Shown in pieces: positions 19,757 to 29,475 of a stretch of DNA of 64,000 bases. Source of the stretch: Actinomycetes bacterium (GTDB lineage Bacteria > Actinomycetota > Actinomycetes > JAHEKZ01). The position numbers and the translations under genes are program-made. How positions within the stretch are numbered: the first letter of the stretch is position 1; each line of letters begins with the position of its first letter. The stretch covers positions 2,605-66,604 of the forward strand of contig JAHEKZ010000004.1 of NCBI GenBank assembly GCA_024644435.1. The letters are read 5' to 3'. Under the pieces are notes generated by a model. The model saw only the letters and a list, made by a program, of their open reading frames with translations, was not told the DNA's origin and searched no databases.

Positions 19757-20980
19757 ATGACCGACTCATACCCCACCATCCCCCTGCCCGAACGCCCCGA
19801 CGGTGGCGACAACATCACCGTCACCGAGCAGGTGCCGCTGCCACCACAGAACCCGTGGGCCCCACCTGCCCCGCCTGCGACGGCACAGACGTCGAGCAAG
19901 CGGCGCCCGGGCCTCGGAATCGTGCTGGCCACCAGCCTGCTCGCCGGCACGCTCGGCGCCGGAGTCGGCGCCGCCGCCGTGATCGCGACGGACGACGGCC
20001 TGTCGACCTCGAGCACCACAACCGCGAGTGACATCGGGGACGTGTCGACGGCGGCTCTGCCGGACGGCAGTGTCGCCCGGGTCGCCGACCAGGTGCTGCC
20101 CAGCGTGGTGTCGATTCAGTTCAGCGGCTCGCAGGGCGGCGGCTCGGGCTCGGGGATCGTCATCGACGAGTCGGGCTTGATCTTGACCAACAACCACGTC
20201 GTCGAGGGTGCGGCCGACGGTGGGTCACTCACCGTCGCCTTCCAGGACGGCACGTCCACCAACGCCGAGATCGTCGGACGCGACCCCAGCTCAGACCTCG
20301 CCGTGATTCGGGTCGACGGTGTCGATGGCCTCAAGGCCGTCGCCCTTGGGTCGTCTGACGCCCTGCGCGTCGGCGAGACCGTCGTCGCGATCGGTTCGCC
20401 CCTCGGCCTGAACGGGACGGTGACCACCGGCATCGTCAGCGCGAAGAACCGACCGGTGCTCCCCGGCGATGCCGCCGGAGACCAGTCAGTGCTCAACGCC
20501 ATCCAGACCGACGCCGCCATCAACCCGGGAAACTCCGGCGGCGCTCTCGTCAACCTCAAGGGTGAGCTGGTGGGCGTCAACTCCGCCATCGCCACCCTCG
20601 GGGCGTCCCCGGGCAGCCAGGCAGGCAGCATCGGTCTGGGCTTCGCCATTCCGATCGACCAGGCGAAGTGGATCTCTGCTCAGCTGATCGAGAACGGTTC
20701 GGTGCAGCATGCTCGCCTCGGAGTCTCGGTCGAGAGTGCGGCCGGCGATGTTCGCGGAGCACTGGTCAAGACCGTTGAGCCCGGCAGCAGCGCAGATGAC
20801 ATCGGCCTCCAGGTCGACGACGTCATCACCGGGTTCCACACCCAGGGCATCGACTCAGCCGATGCACTGGTGGCTGCCGTTCGTTCGGCAGAGCCCGGCA
20901 CGACGGTGACCGTGACCTTGGTGCGCGGCGGCGACACCAAGAGCCTCGACGTCACGCTGGCGGCCGAACAGGCCAGCTGA
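19757..20980 (+). CDS. htrA: HtrA/DegP-family serine protease with PDZ domain (PepD-like).
   Basis: His-Asp-Ser triad context (TNNHVV…D…GNSGGAL) and a C-terminal PDZ domain. Immediately downstream of mprAB. Confidence 0.9.
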   Translation: MTDSYPTIPLPERPDGGDNITVTEQVPLPPQNPWAPPAPPATAQTSSKRRPGLGIVLATSLLAGTLGAGVGAAAVIATDDGLSTSSTTTASDIGDVSTAALPDGSVARVADQVLPSVVSIQFSGSQGGGSGSGIVIDESGLILTNNHVVEGAADGGSLTVAFQDGTSTNAEIVGRDPSSDLAVIRVDGVDGLKAVALGSSDALRVGETVVAIGSPLGLNGTVTTGIVSAKNRPVLPGDAAGDQSVLNAIQTDAAINPGNSGGALVNLKGELVGVNSAIATLGASPGSQAGSIGLGFAIPIDQAKWISAQLIENGSVQHARLGVSVESAAGDVRGALVKTVEPGSSADDIGLQVDDVITGFHTQGIDSADALVAAVRSAEPGTTVTVTLVRGGDTKSLDVTLAAEQAS

Positions 20981-20993
20981 CCCACAGTTCCTT

Positions 20994-21037
20994 GTCCGGA
21001 ACGGTCGCCCCTCCCCCTCCTGGGCGCCGTTCCGGAC
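20994..21037 (+). terminator. GC-rich hairpin (putative intrinsic terminator) after htrA.
   Basis: Inverted repeat gtccggaacggtcgccc / gggcgccgttccggac with loop ctccccctcct, 14 nt after the htrA stop. There is no U-tract. Confidence 0.4.
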
Positions 21038-21042
21038 TTGGC

Positions 21043-21085
21043 TTGTCCGACGCTGATTGTCCGACGCTGATTGTCCGACGCTCGA
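21043..21085. repeat. Three tandem direct repeats of a 14-nt unit, TTGTCCGACGCTGA (third copy TTGTCCGACGCTCGA).
   Basis: Read directly from the sequence. Located 15–57 nt upstream of the ATG at 21100. Confidence 0.8.
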
Positions 21086-21099
21086 TCTAGGCTCGCGTC

Positions 21100-21756
21100 A
21101 TGACCACCCTCTGGCTGATCCGCCACGGCGAGGCGCACGTCAACCAGCCGAACGACGACGGCACGTACTCACTGATCGACCGCCACGGCCTCACCGACCG
21201 TGGGGTCGAGCAGGCCACCAGGCTGCGAGACCGTCTGGTTCGCGAAGGAGTGCGGCCCGACGCGGTCGTCAGCAGTAGCTTCCGACGGGCACTTCAGACG
21301 GCGATGATCGTGTGCGCGGGGCTCGGCACCGAGCCCCTGGTCAACCACGAGGTTCAAGAGTGGCGCCCGGGCGATGACGCCGAGGTGATCCCGGTCGACG
21401 ACGCCCTCGGGTCCTGGAGCCGGATCCTCGCCGGGCACGACCACGACCTCCGCATCACCCCGGGCTCAGAGTCACACAACGAGTTCCTCACCAGGGCCGA
21501 CCGGGCCCTGGTGCAGCTGGCCAACGACCATTCCGACAAGACGGTGCTCGTCTTCACCCACGGCGGCGTCATCGGCCGCTCGTTCGTGACTTTCCTCGGC
21601 CTTCCGCCACGCAGCTCGTTGGTCGGCATTCGCAGCCGGCACACCTCGATCACCGAATGGCGACGCTCACCGGCACACCCGGAGGCGGGCCACCCCGACC
21701 CGATCTGGCAGCTCACCCGCTACAACGACGTCGCACACCTCGACGACGCCGAATGA
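21100..21756 (+). CDS. Histidine phosphatase family protein (phosphoglycerate-mutase-like).
   Basis: MTTLWLIRHGEAHVNQ, the RHG catalytic motif. 218 aa. Confidence 0.8.
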   Translation: MTTLWLIRHGEAHVNQPNDDGTYSLIDRHGLTDRGVEQATRLRDRLVREGVRPDAVVSSSFRRALQTAMIVCAGLGTEPLVNHEVQEWRPGDDAEVIPVDDALGSWSRILAGHDHDLRITPGSESHNEFLTRADRALVQLANDHSDKTVLVFTHGGVIGRSFVTFLGLPPRSSLVGIRSRHTSITEWRRSPAHPEAGHPDPIWQLTRYNDVAHLDDAE

Positions 21757-21760
21757 TGTC

Positions 21761-23167
21761 TCAGGAGGCCGGCATGCCCTTCTGCACCTCGTCCGAGGCG
21801 TACTGAACGGCCTCACCGACGATGTCGACGATCCGGCCCAGCATCTGCTCATCAGCGATCAACGGCGGCGAGAGCTGGACGACGGGGTCGCCTCGGTCGT
21901 CCAACCGGCAGAGCAGGCCATCGTCGTACAGACGTTGCGACAGCACCCGGCGCAGCAGCCAGTCGGCTTCCTCGCCCTCAAAGGTCTGCTTGGTGTCGCG
22001 GTCCTTGACCATCTCGAGCGCCCAGAAGTAACCGACTCCTCGCACGTCACCCACGAGTGGGATGCTGCGGAGCTCGTTCAGCCGCTTCGCGAGATAGGCC
22101 TCGTTCGACCGCACGTTGTCGACCACACCCTCGCGGTCGTAGATGTCGAGCACCTTCAGGCCGATGGCTGCCGACACCGGGTGACCGCTGTACGTGGTGC
22201 CGTGGTTGTAGAACGCTTTGCCCGTGACGAAGGGCTCTGCCACGCGCTCGTGAACGATCACTCCGCCGAGCGGGGCCATACCGGCGGTCGCGCCCTTGGC
22301 GAAGACGATGAAGTCGGGCGCGATGTCGTAGCGGATCGAGCCGAACCACTCACCCGTACGTCCGAAGCCGGTGATGACCTCGTCGGCGGTCAGCAGCGCC
22401 CCGTACTTGTCGGCGAGCGCTCGCAGCCCGGCCCAGTAGCCCTCGGGCGGCGTGAAGCACCCGCCTGAGTTCTGCACAGGCTCGGCGATGATCAAGGCCA
22501 CCTCGTCGGGGCCCGCATCGATGATCGCCTGCTCCATCTCCTCGAGCAGCGCCTGGGTAAACGCCACCGGGTCGTCACCCTTGGGGTGGCGGTAGGCGTT
22601 CGTCGCGCTCACATGGGTGACGTCGATCGGCAGGGGCTCGAAGGGCGTACGACACTCCTCGATACCGGTGAAGGAGAGCGCGCCCAGACTTGTGCCGTGG
22701 TAGGCGGTGTCGCGGGCGATGGCCTTGGTCCGCTGCGGCTGGCCGTTTGCCTGGTGCCAGTTGCGCACCATCTTCCACATCGACTCGTTCGCTTCACCAC
22801 CACCGGTGGTGAAGTAGACGCGGTTGAGCCCCTCAGGGGCAAGATCACCGATCCGCTCGGCCAGCTCGGCGGCGCGGGGGTGCGCCACGTACCAGGTGGA
22901 GGTGTAGGCGAGCTCTTCCATCTGAGCCTTCGCCGCGTCACCGACCTCGCTGCCGAAGTCGTGGCCGATGTTGGCGCAGTAGAGGCCCGACAGTCCGTCA
23001 ATGAACCGACGGCCGTTCACGTCGATCAGCTCGCATCCTTCGCCCTTGACGAAGATCGGGATGTCGGCGTCCTTGTAGTTGCCCATGTCCGTGAAGTTGA
23101 GGAACAGGTGGTCGCGTACCTGCCGCTGAACCACCGCCGCGTCAACGGGCTGACCTGGACCTGACAT
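21761..23167 (-). CDS. Class-III (omega) aminotransferase, PLP-dependent.
   Basis: AT-III fold with a lysine context …VFAKGATAGMAPLGG…. I take the start as MSGPGQ (23167); GTG 23188 is the alternative. Confidence 0.85.
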   Translation of the reverse strand: MSGPGQPVDAAVVQRQVRDHLFLNFTDMGNYKDADIPIFVKGEGCELIDVNGRRFIDGLSGLYCANIGHDFGSEVGDAAKAQMEELAYTSTWYVAHPRAAELAERIGDLAPEGLNRVYFTTGGGEANESMWKMVRNWHQANGQPQRTKAIARDTAYHGTSLGALSFTGIEECRTPFEPLPIDVTHVSATNAYRHPKGDDPVAFTQALLEEMEQAIIDAGPDEVALIIAEPVQNSGGCFTPPEGYWAGLRALADKYGALLTADEVITGFGRTGEWFGSIRYDIAPDFIVFAKGATAGMAPLGGVIVHERVAEPFVTGKAFYNHGTTYSGHPVSAAIGLKVLDIYDREGVVDNVRSNEAYLAKRLNELRSIPLVGDVRGVGYFWALEMVKDRDTKQTFEGEEADWLLRRVLSQRLYDDGLLCRLDDRGDPVVQLSPPLIADEQMLGRIVDIVGEAVQYASDEVQKGMPAS

Positions 23168-23282
23168 GACTCCCACTTTCCCGACCACCGACCGGCGATC
23201 TGTTTGACCATTGCCTGACTGTTCAGTCAGGATACCCCCGCTGATGTTCTCGGCATCCCACCACGCCAGATTGAGGAATCCC

Positions 23283-24473
23283 GTGACCCACGCCGCGTCG
23301 GCCAGGGCCGACCTGTCCCCCGCCCTCCGCGAGCTGCAGGAACGGGCCAGGAACTACGTCAACGACGTCTTGATCCCCCTCGAGGAGAAGGCCGAGCGCG
23401 CCGGGGGGCCGCTTCCTGACGAGGACGTCCGGCGCATCCGTGAGACGGCCCTCGAGGCGGGGCTGGCCGGCGGCCTGCACAGCCCCGAGCATGGCGGCCA
23501 GGGGTGGTCCACGACCGAGTGGCTCCTGGTCGAGGAGCAGTTCGGGCGCAACACCAACGGGATCAGCTGGTACATGCCCACCGCGTACAACGTCTGGAAG
23601 TCGGCCAGCCCCGAGCTGATCGACCGTTGGCTGCGCCCCGCGCTGAAGGGCGAGCTACACGACGCGTACGCCGTCACGGAGGCCGAGGCCGGGTCAGACC
23701 CCTCCGGCATCGCCACGGTCGCGCACCGAACAGACGACGGCGGCTACGTGCTCAACGGAGAGAAGTGGTTCGTCACCTACGGCTCTGTGGCGGCGGTCAT
23801 CATCGTGATGGCCAACGTCGTCGACGGAGACCGGCGCCTTCCCACGCTCTTCGCGGTACCGGCCGACGCCCCAGGAGTCTCGATCGTCGACGATCCCCCC
23901 TTCACCCATGCGTACCCGCACGGACACCCCACGATGCTCTTCTCGGACGTCGCAGTACGGGCCGAGGACGTCATCGGGGGCGTGGGCCAGGGCGACAACC
24001 TGCAGCGCATGTGGTTCACCGAGGAGCGCATCGGCATCGCCGCCCGCTGTGTCGGAGCCATGCAGCGACTGATCACCGAGACCACTGACTGGGCGATCAA
24101 CCGCGAGCAGGGCGGTGCTCGCCTGATCGACCACCAGGGCGTGTCGTTCCCACTGGCAGACTCGGCGGCTGACGCCGCCGCCGGACGACTGATGGTGTTC
24201 GACATCGCAGCCCTCAAAGAGTCGGGTGCCGACCCCAAGCTGATCCATGGCAAGGCTTCCATGGCCAAGCTGTTCTGCTCAGAGGCGGCGAACCGCTGCG
24301 CCGACCGGTCGGTCCAGATCTTCGGCGGACGTGGCTACATGCGCACCAACGTCGCAGAGCGGTTCTGGCGCGAGCTGCGCGTAGACCGCATATGGGAGGG
24401 CACCAGCGAGATCCAGCGACTCATCGTCGCTCGCAGTCTCGAGCGGCGCGGCGTCGACGCGATGCTCAGCTGA
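23283..24473 (+). CDS. Acyl-CoA dehydrogenase.
   Basis: ACAD N-, middle and C-terminal domains (…YAVTEAEAGSDPSGI…IFGGRGYMR…). GTG at 23283 preceded by ttgaggaa. Confidence 0.85.
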   Translation: MTHAASARADLSPALRELQERARNYVNDVLIPLEEKAERAGGPLPDEDVRRIRETALEAGLAGGLHSPEHGGQGWSTTEWLLVEEQFGRNTNGISWYMPTAYNVWKSASPELIDRWLRPALKGELHDAYAVTEAEAGSDPSGIATVAHRTDDGGYVLNGEKWFVTYGSVAAVIIVMANVVDGDRRLPTLFAVPADAPGVSIVDDPPFTHAYPHGHPTMLFSDVAVRAEDVIGGVGQGDNLQRMWFTEERIGIAARCVGAMQRLITETTDWAINREQGGARLIDHQGVSFPLADSAADAAAGRLMVFDIAALKESGADPKLIHGKASMAKLFCSEAANRCADRSVQIFGGRGYMRTNVAERFWRELRVDRIWEGTSEIQRLIVARSLERRGVDAMLS

Positions 24474-24482
24474 GCACACGCC

Positions 24483-26519
24483 ATGCAACTCGACCGCCTC
24501 TTCCGGCCGACGTCCATCGCTGTGGTCGGCGCCACGGACCGCCCCGGCTCGTACGGCAACGCCGCCATGAGCAACCTCGTCGCAGCCGGGTTCGCTGGCC
24601 GACTCGTCGGCGTCCATCCCACCCGGCGCGAGGTCCACGGCGTTTCCTGCGTGCCGTCGCTGGAGGCGCTGGGAGACCCCGTTGACGCCGTCGTCATCGC
24701 CACACCCGCTGACACCGTTCCCGATCTGGTGGACACCGCCGGACGCATGGGATGCGGCGGCACCGTGGTCTTTGCCGCCGATTTTGCCGAGACCGGTCGC
24801 ACAGACCGACAAGACGCACTGGTTGCCGCGGCAGCGCGACACGATCTGCCGGTGATCGGCCCGAACGGGAACGGGATCGTCGCGCTGAGCAGCCGCGCTC
24901 CCATGTGGGGCGACAAAGTGGTCCCCAAGACAGCCGGCGCCGTCGGTCTCATCACCCAGAGCGGCAACGTCGGCGTCATCGGCCTTGCCAGCGACCGGGG
25001 GATCAACTGGCACACCGTCATTAGCGTCGGCAACAGCGCCGTCGTCGACGCCGCCGAGTGTCTGTCCTACCTCGCCGGCGCGGATGGCGTCCGGTCGGTC
25101 GCCCTCTATCTCGAAGGCGACGGCGACGGGGCTCGCTGGGCCGAGGCGTTCGCGCGATGCGCTGAGAACGACGTTCGAATCGCCGTCCTGAAGGCGGGCC
25201 GAAGCGCCGCCGGCGCCGTTGCTGGCGGCGCACACACTGCCGCAGTCGCAGGTGACCACCGGATCTTCGCGTCCCTGGTGGCCGAGGTCGGAGGCGCGTG
25301 GTGCCATGACCCGCATGAGCTGCTGGAGACCGCCAAGCTGCTGGCGACGCCCCGCCCCGCCACGTCCGGTGGCCTCGCGGTCGTCACGTGTTCTGGCGGA
25401 GACTCGGTGATCACTGCGGATGAGGCAGACCGGCTCGACGTCCCGCTCGCCACATTCTCGCCGACAACGCAGGCGGCCCTCGCTGATCTGTTGCCTGACG
25501 GTGTGCAGCCCACCAACCCCCTCGACCACACCAACATGCTGTGGGCCGACATTCCGCGCGTCCGGGCGCTCGTCGAGACGTTGGCTGCCGACCCCGGCGT
25601 CAACCAGGTGCTCTACGTGCAGGACACCCCACCTGATCTTGACGAGAGCGACGCCGCCGAGTGGAAGGCCACCCGCGACGGCCTGGTCACCGCTGACATC
25701 CCGGGCGTCACTAAAGCGCTGGCATCCGGGCTCCCCGAGATGCTGCCCTCCCCAGCCGGCCAGTCCTGGGATGAGCACGAGGTGACCGCGCTGGCGGGGA
25801 TACCGACCGCCCTTGCTGCGCTGCGTGCCCACACGCTCAAGTCCGCCTCAGCTGAGCACCTGCGGGCGATCGCCGCGGCGGCAGTTCCGGGTGAGCCGGG
25901 CGAGTGGTGCTCCGAGCATGAGGGAAAGTCGCTGCTCGCGTCGTACGGCGTCGCGGTCCCGGTTGGGCGGGCTGTCGCCTCAGCCGACGGGGCTGTCACC
26001 GCCGCTGCCGAGCTCGGGGGGCCGGTCGCCATGAAGATCAGCCACCCAGAGATCCAGCACAAGACCGACATCGGCGGAGTGCTCCTCGGCCTTACCGACC
26101 CTGAACACATCCACGTTGCCGCCGAGCAGCTCCTGGCACTGCGACCGGACGGTGCCGTGCTGGTCGAGCAGATGGCGTCGCCCGGAACGGAGATGCTCAT
26201 CTCGGCGACCCGTGACGGTGTCGTGCCGGCGCTGGTCATCGGCACCGGCGGCATCTGGACCGAGCTCATGCAGGACGTCGTCGTGATCCCCCTGCCGGCA
26301 GATGCTGCACGCGTTGGCGAGGCGCTGCAGACCCTGACCAGCTACCCGGTGCTCGCCGGCGGACGCGGACGGACTCCACTTGCCGTCGACGCGCTGTGCG
26401 AGCTGGCCGCGGCCGTCGGCAGGGCCCTGGTCGACGACGGCCTGAGTCTGGTCGAGCTCAACCCGGTGATCGTGACGGAGACGTCGGCGGTCGCCGTGGA
26501 CGCCGTCGTGCGTCGCTAG
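24483..26519 (+). CDS. Acyl-CoA synthetase (NDP-forming), fused CoA-binding/ATP-grasp type (acetate–CoA ligase family).
   Basis: N-terminal CoA-binding fold (SIAVVGATDRPGSYG), a succinyl-CoA-synthetase-like ligase domain, and a C-terminal ATP-grasp domain. 678 aa. Confidence 0.8.
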   Translation: MQLDRLFRPTSIAVVGATDRPGSYGNAAMSNLVAAGFAGRLVGVHPTRREVHGVSCVPSLEALGDPVDAVVIATPADTVPDLVDTAGRMGCGGTVVFAADFAETGRTDRQDALVAAAARHDLPVIGPNGNGIVALSSRAPMWGDKVVPKTAGAVGLITQSGNVGVIGLASDRGINWHTVISVGNSAVVDAAECLSYLAGADGVRSVALYLEGDGDGARWAEAFARCAENDVRIAVLKAGRSAAGAVAGGAHTAAVAGDHRIFASLVAEVGGAWCHDPHELLETAKLLATPRPATSGGLAVVTCSGGDSVITADEADRLDVPLATFSPTTQAALADLLPDGVQPTNPLDHTNMLWADIPRVRALVETLAADPGVNQVLYVQDTPPDLDESDAAEWKATRDGLVTADIPGVTKALASGLPEMLPSPAGQSWDEHEVTALAGIPTALAALRAHTLKSASAEHLRAIAAAAVPGEPGEWCSEHEGKSLLASYGVAVPVGRAVASADGAVTAAAELGGPVAMKISHPEIQHKTDIGGVLLGLTDPEHIHVAAEQLLALRPDGAVLVEQMASPGTEMLISATRDGVVPALVIGTGGIWTELMQDVVVIPLPADAARVGEALQTLTSYPVLAGGRGRTPLAVDALCELAAAVGRALVDDGLSLVELNPVIVTETSAVAVDAVVRR

Positions 26520-26576
26520 TCACAGGCAGAGGTAGAGGCACGAGACCTTGTCAGTGGTGGGTGGCACGGTCAGTAC

Positions 26577-27833
26577 ATGACCTCACCAGCCACGACCATC
26601 GGCGATCAGGTTGCCGACCTGCTCTCAGACGTATCCCCCATGGCGCAGTGGAGCGACTCAGACCTCGCCGAGCTGGTGGGACAGCTTGAGCGAGTCAACA
26701 ACGCAGCACAAGCGATCCAGGCCGACGTGATGTCCGAGGTTGCGCGTCGCGCGGGGCGAGCAGATCGACGCGAGGAGGAGCGTCGGGGTCGGCCACTCAT
26801 GCCGCATGAGTCACGGTCTGAGTACGTCGCGGACGAGATCGCGGTCATGCTCGCCACCACAAAGGTCGATGCGGCCCGTCGTTACGGTCTCGCACTGTCC
26901 GCGTCCGACCATCCCGCCGTACTCGTGCGGTGGCGTGGCGGAGCCCTCAGTGCCCGAAAAGTGCAGGTGATCTGCGACGGCCTCATTGACGTGTCGAACC
27001 CAGCGGCTGCGGCGCTGGCCGAGCAGGCATCCAGCTACGCCGAGACGCACACCGCCCCAGAGCTTCGGCGGTGGCTCGCGCGACGAGTCATTGCGGCCGA
27101 CCCCGGCATGGCCGAGATCCGGCGCGCGAGGGCGGTAGCCGACCGCAGGGTGACCGTCACACCGCTCCCCGATGGTGTCTCAGAGCTCTACGCACTGCTC
27201 CCGAGCGTGCTGGCCCGACAGGTCTACGACAGCGTAAACACTCTCGCCCAGGCCGCCGGTCATGACGACATTCGAACGATGGACCAGCGACGCGCCGATG
27301 CGCTGATCGACCTCGTGGTCGGCAGGGCCGAACCACCACAGGTCACGATCCAGGTGGTGGTGCCGGCCGACACCCTGATCGGCGAGAGCGCCGAGCCGGC
27401 AGACGTCGCCGGCGTGGGTCCGGTCACCAGTGCTGAGGCCCTCGGTCTGGCCGATGGCACTGACCGCGACATCACGTTTCGTCGCATGCTCGCCGACCCC
27501 GACACCGGCTACCTGGTCGACATTGCCGAACGGCAGTACCGCCCCTCTGCTGCACTGGACCGAGCCGTCCGCGCCCGCGATCGGGTCTGCCGTTTCCCCG
27601 GCTGCTCCCGACCGGCGACCAGACGTCAGGGAACCGACCTCGACCACACCACTCCATGGCCACGCGGCCAGACCACGGCGTCGAACCTCGCCGTTCTCTG
27701 CCGGCACCACCATCTCCTCAAACACTCTCCGGGCTGGACGGCCCAGTTGCACCCTGATGGCGTGATGGAGTGGACGTCGCCCAGTGGCAAGACATTCCGA
27801 ACCGAGCCCTGGGTGTACGCCGACACCGGATAG
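26577..27833 (+). CDS. DUF222 / HNH endonuclease domain protein (REP13E12-family-like).
   Basis: C-terminal HNH motif …[48 protein letters not shown]… preceded by a DUF222-like region. 418 aa. Confidence 0.8.
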   Translation: MTSPATTIGDQVADLLSDVSPMAQWSDSDLAELVGQLERVNNAAQAIQADVMSEVARRAGRADRREEERRGRPLMPHESRSEYVADEIAVMLATTKVDAARRYGLALSASDHPAVLVRWRGGALSARKVQVICDGLIDVSNPAAAALAEQASSYAETHTAPELRRWLARRVIAADPGMAEIRRARAVADRRVTVTPLPDGVSELYALLPSVLARQVYDSVNTLAQAAGHDDIRTMDQRRADALIDLVVGRAEPPQVTIQVVVPADTLIGESAEPADVAGVGPVTSAEALGLADGTDRDITFRRMLADPDTGYLVDIAERQYRPSAALDRAVRARDRVCRFPGCSRPATRRQGTDLDHTTPWPRGQTTASNLAVLCRHHHLLKHSPGWTAQLHPDGVMEWTSPSGKTFRTEPWVYADTG

Positions 27834-27847
27834 CGCGCGCGACGTCG

Positions 27848-29308
27848 CTAGCCCAACCGTTTCATCACGAGCTGCGCTGCGCTGCGCCCACACATGCCGT
27901 GCACGCCGCCCCCCGGTGGGGTCGACGACGAACACAGGAACAGGCTCGGATCCGGTGTGGCCCAGGGCGCCAACGACAGACGCGGACGCGCCGCCATCTG
28001 GCGCCAGTCCGAGACGCCGCCGGCGATGTCCCCGCCAACCTCGTTCGCGTTATGGGCCTCCAACGCGGCGGGGCCCATGACGTGTCTCGCCAGCACCCGG
28101 TCGCGGAACCCGGGAGCGAATCGCTCGATCTGACGCTCGATGGCATCAGTCATGTCGACATCGCACCCGTTCGGCACATGGCAGTACGCCCAGAGGGTGT
28201 GCTGGCCGTCCGGCGCGCGCGACGGGTCGGCGCCTGAGGCCTGGGCAACCAGGACGTAGGGCCGCTCGGGCACTCTCCCCTGAGCCACATCGCGCTCGGA
28301 CGCCGCCATCTCGGCAAAGGTCGCTCCGAGGTGCACGGTGCCGGCTCCTGCCAGCTGCTCGTCGCCCCAGGGCACCGGGGCGTCGAGCGCCCAGTCCACC
28401 TTGAACACTCCCGCGCCGTAGCGCCACTCAGCGAGTCGTCTGCGGTAGGCCGGCGGGAAACGCTCGCCGGCGATCCGGAGTATCTGGCGTGGGGTGAGGT
28501 CGAAGAGCACAGCGCGTGCAGCGGGCACATCTGCCATAGAGGTGACCGGGTGCCCAGTACGCACCTCGCCGCCCAGCGACTCCAGGCGGCGGACCAGGGC
28601 GTCCGCGATCGACTGCGACCCTCCGACGGCCACCGGCCACCCAACGCCGTGCGCCAGCCCGCCCAGCAGCAGGCCCACCGCCGAGGTGAGGGGCGCCGCC
28701 AGATCGAGCGTGGCATGGGCTGCCAGCCCACCGAAGAGCGCGCGCGCTGGTTCATCACGGAAGACCGTCCTGGCGAACCAGCTGCTCGGCCAGAGGCCAG
28801 CCGCTCCGATCACGCCAGTGGTCACAGGAGCCCGAGGTGGCACCGCCAGCGGCTCGAGAACGCCATCGGCCATCGACGCCCAATGCCGCCCCGCGCTCCC
28901 GACCGTGCGCGCCCACGCGGCCCCGTCGCGGCCGAGCTGGGCAGCGGTGGCGTCAACGTCGCGATGCAGCAGCAGGGAGCGGCCCAGAGCCAGCGGGTGT
29001 CCGAGCGGAACCTCCGGGTGGACGAGTCGCAGTCCCTCGCGCTCAAGCTCTAGCTCGCGGAAGGCCGGCGAAGCCAGCGCGAGCGGGTGTGCGGTCGAAC
29101 AGACATCGTGAAGAAATCCGGGGAGGGTGAGCTGCTCGGTGCGCGTCCCGCCGCCGTACTGCTCGGCTGCTTCGAGGACCAGTACCTGCCACCCGGCCTC
29201 GGCCAATGTGACTGCCGCCACAAGCCCGTTGGGCCCCGAACCGACGACCACCGCATCGATGTCTGGTGAGGGTGCGCGGCGAGGCTCTGGCGCAGCACTG
29301 GATGTCAC
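27848..29308 (-). CDS. Phytoene-desaturase-family FAD-dependent oxidoreductase (CrtI-like).
   Basis: N-terminal DAVVVGSGPNGLVAAVTLAEAGWQVLVLEA dinucleotide fold. 486 aa. Confidence 0.75.
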   Translation of the reverse strand: MTSSAAPEPRRAPSPDIDAVVVGSGPNGLVAAVTLAEAGWQVLVLEAAEQYGGGTRTEQLTLPGFLHDVCSTAHPLALASPAFRELELEREGLRLVHPEVPLGHPLALGRSLLLHRDVDATAAQLGRDGAAWARTVGSAGRHWASMADGVLEPLAVPPRAPVTTGVIGAAGLWPSSWFARTVFRDEPARALFGGLAAHATLDLAAPLTSAVGLLLGGLAHGVGWPVAVGGSQSIADALVRRLESLGGEVRTGHPVTSMADVPAARAVLFDLTPRQILRIAGERFPPAYRRRLAEWRYGAGVFKVDWALDAPVPWGDEQLAGAGTVHLGATFAEMAASERDVAQGRVPERPYVLVAQASGADPSRAPDGQHTLWAYCHVPNGCDVDMTDAIERQIERFAPGFRDRVLARHVMGPAALEAHNANEVGGDIAGGVSDWRQMAARPRLSLAPWATPDPSLFLCSSSTPPGGGVHGMCGRSAAQLVMKRLG

Positions 29309-29475
29309 GCCTCCACTCTCTCAGGTCTAACGGATCCCGCGAGGGCCGAGAGGCGATCATGGGCGTGCCGCCGGTAGCATCGAGTCGGTGCAGCCGAGAG
29401 GCTGTCACCGGTCGTGACCAGCCGCTTCGCCGTTACCAGGCAGCGGCCCGAGCAACTCGACACCGGAGGCGTCAG

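Noticed and set aside
25170-25190. A tRNA-like T-loop string (GTTCGAATC).
   Set aside because: It lies inside the acyl-CoA synthetase coding frame, with no acceptor or anticodon stem context. No tRNA genes are supported anywhere in the window.
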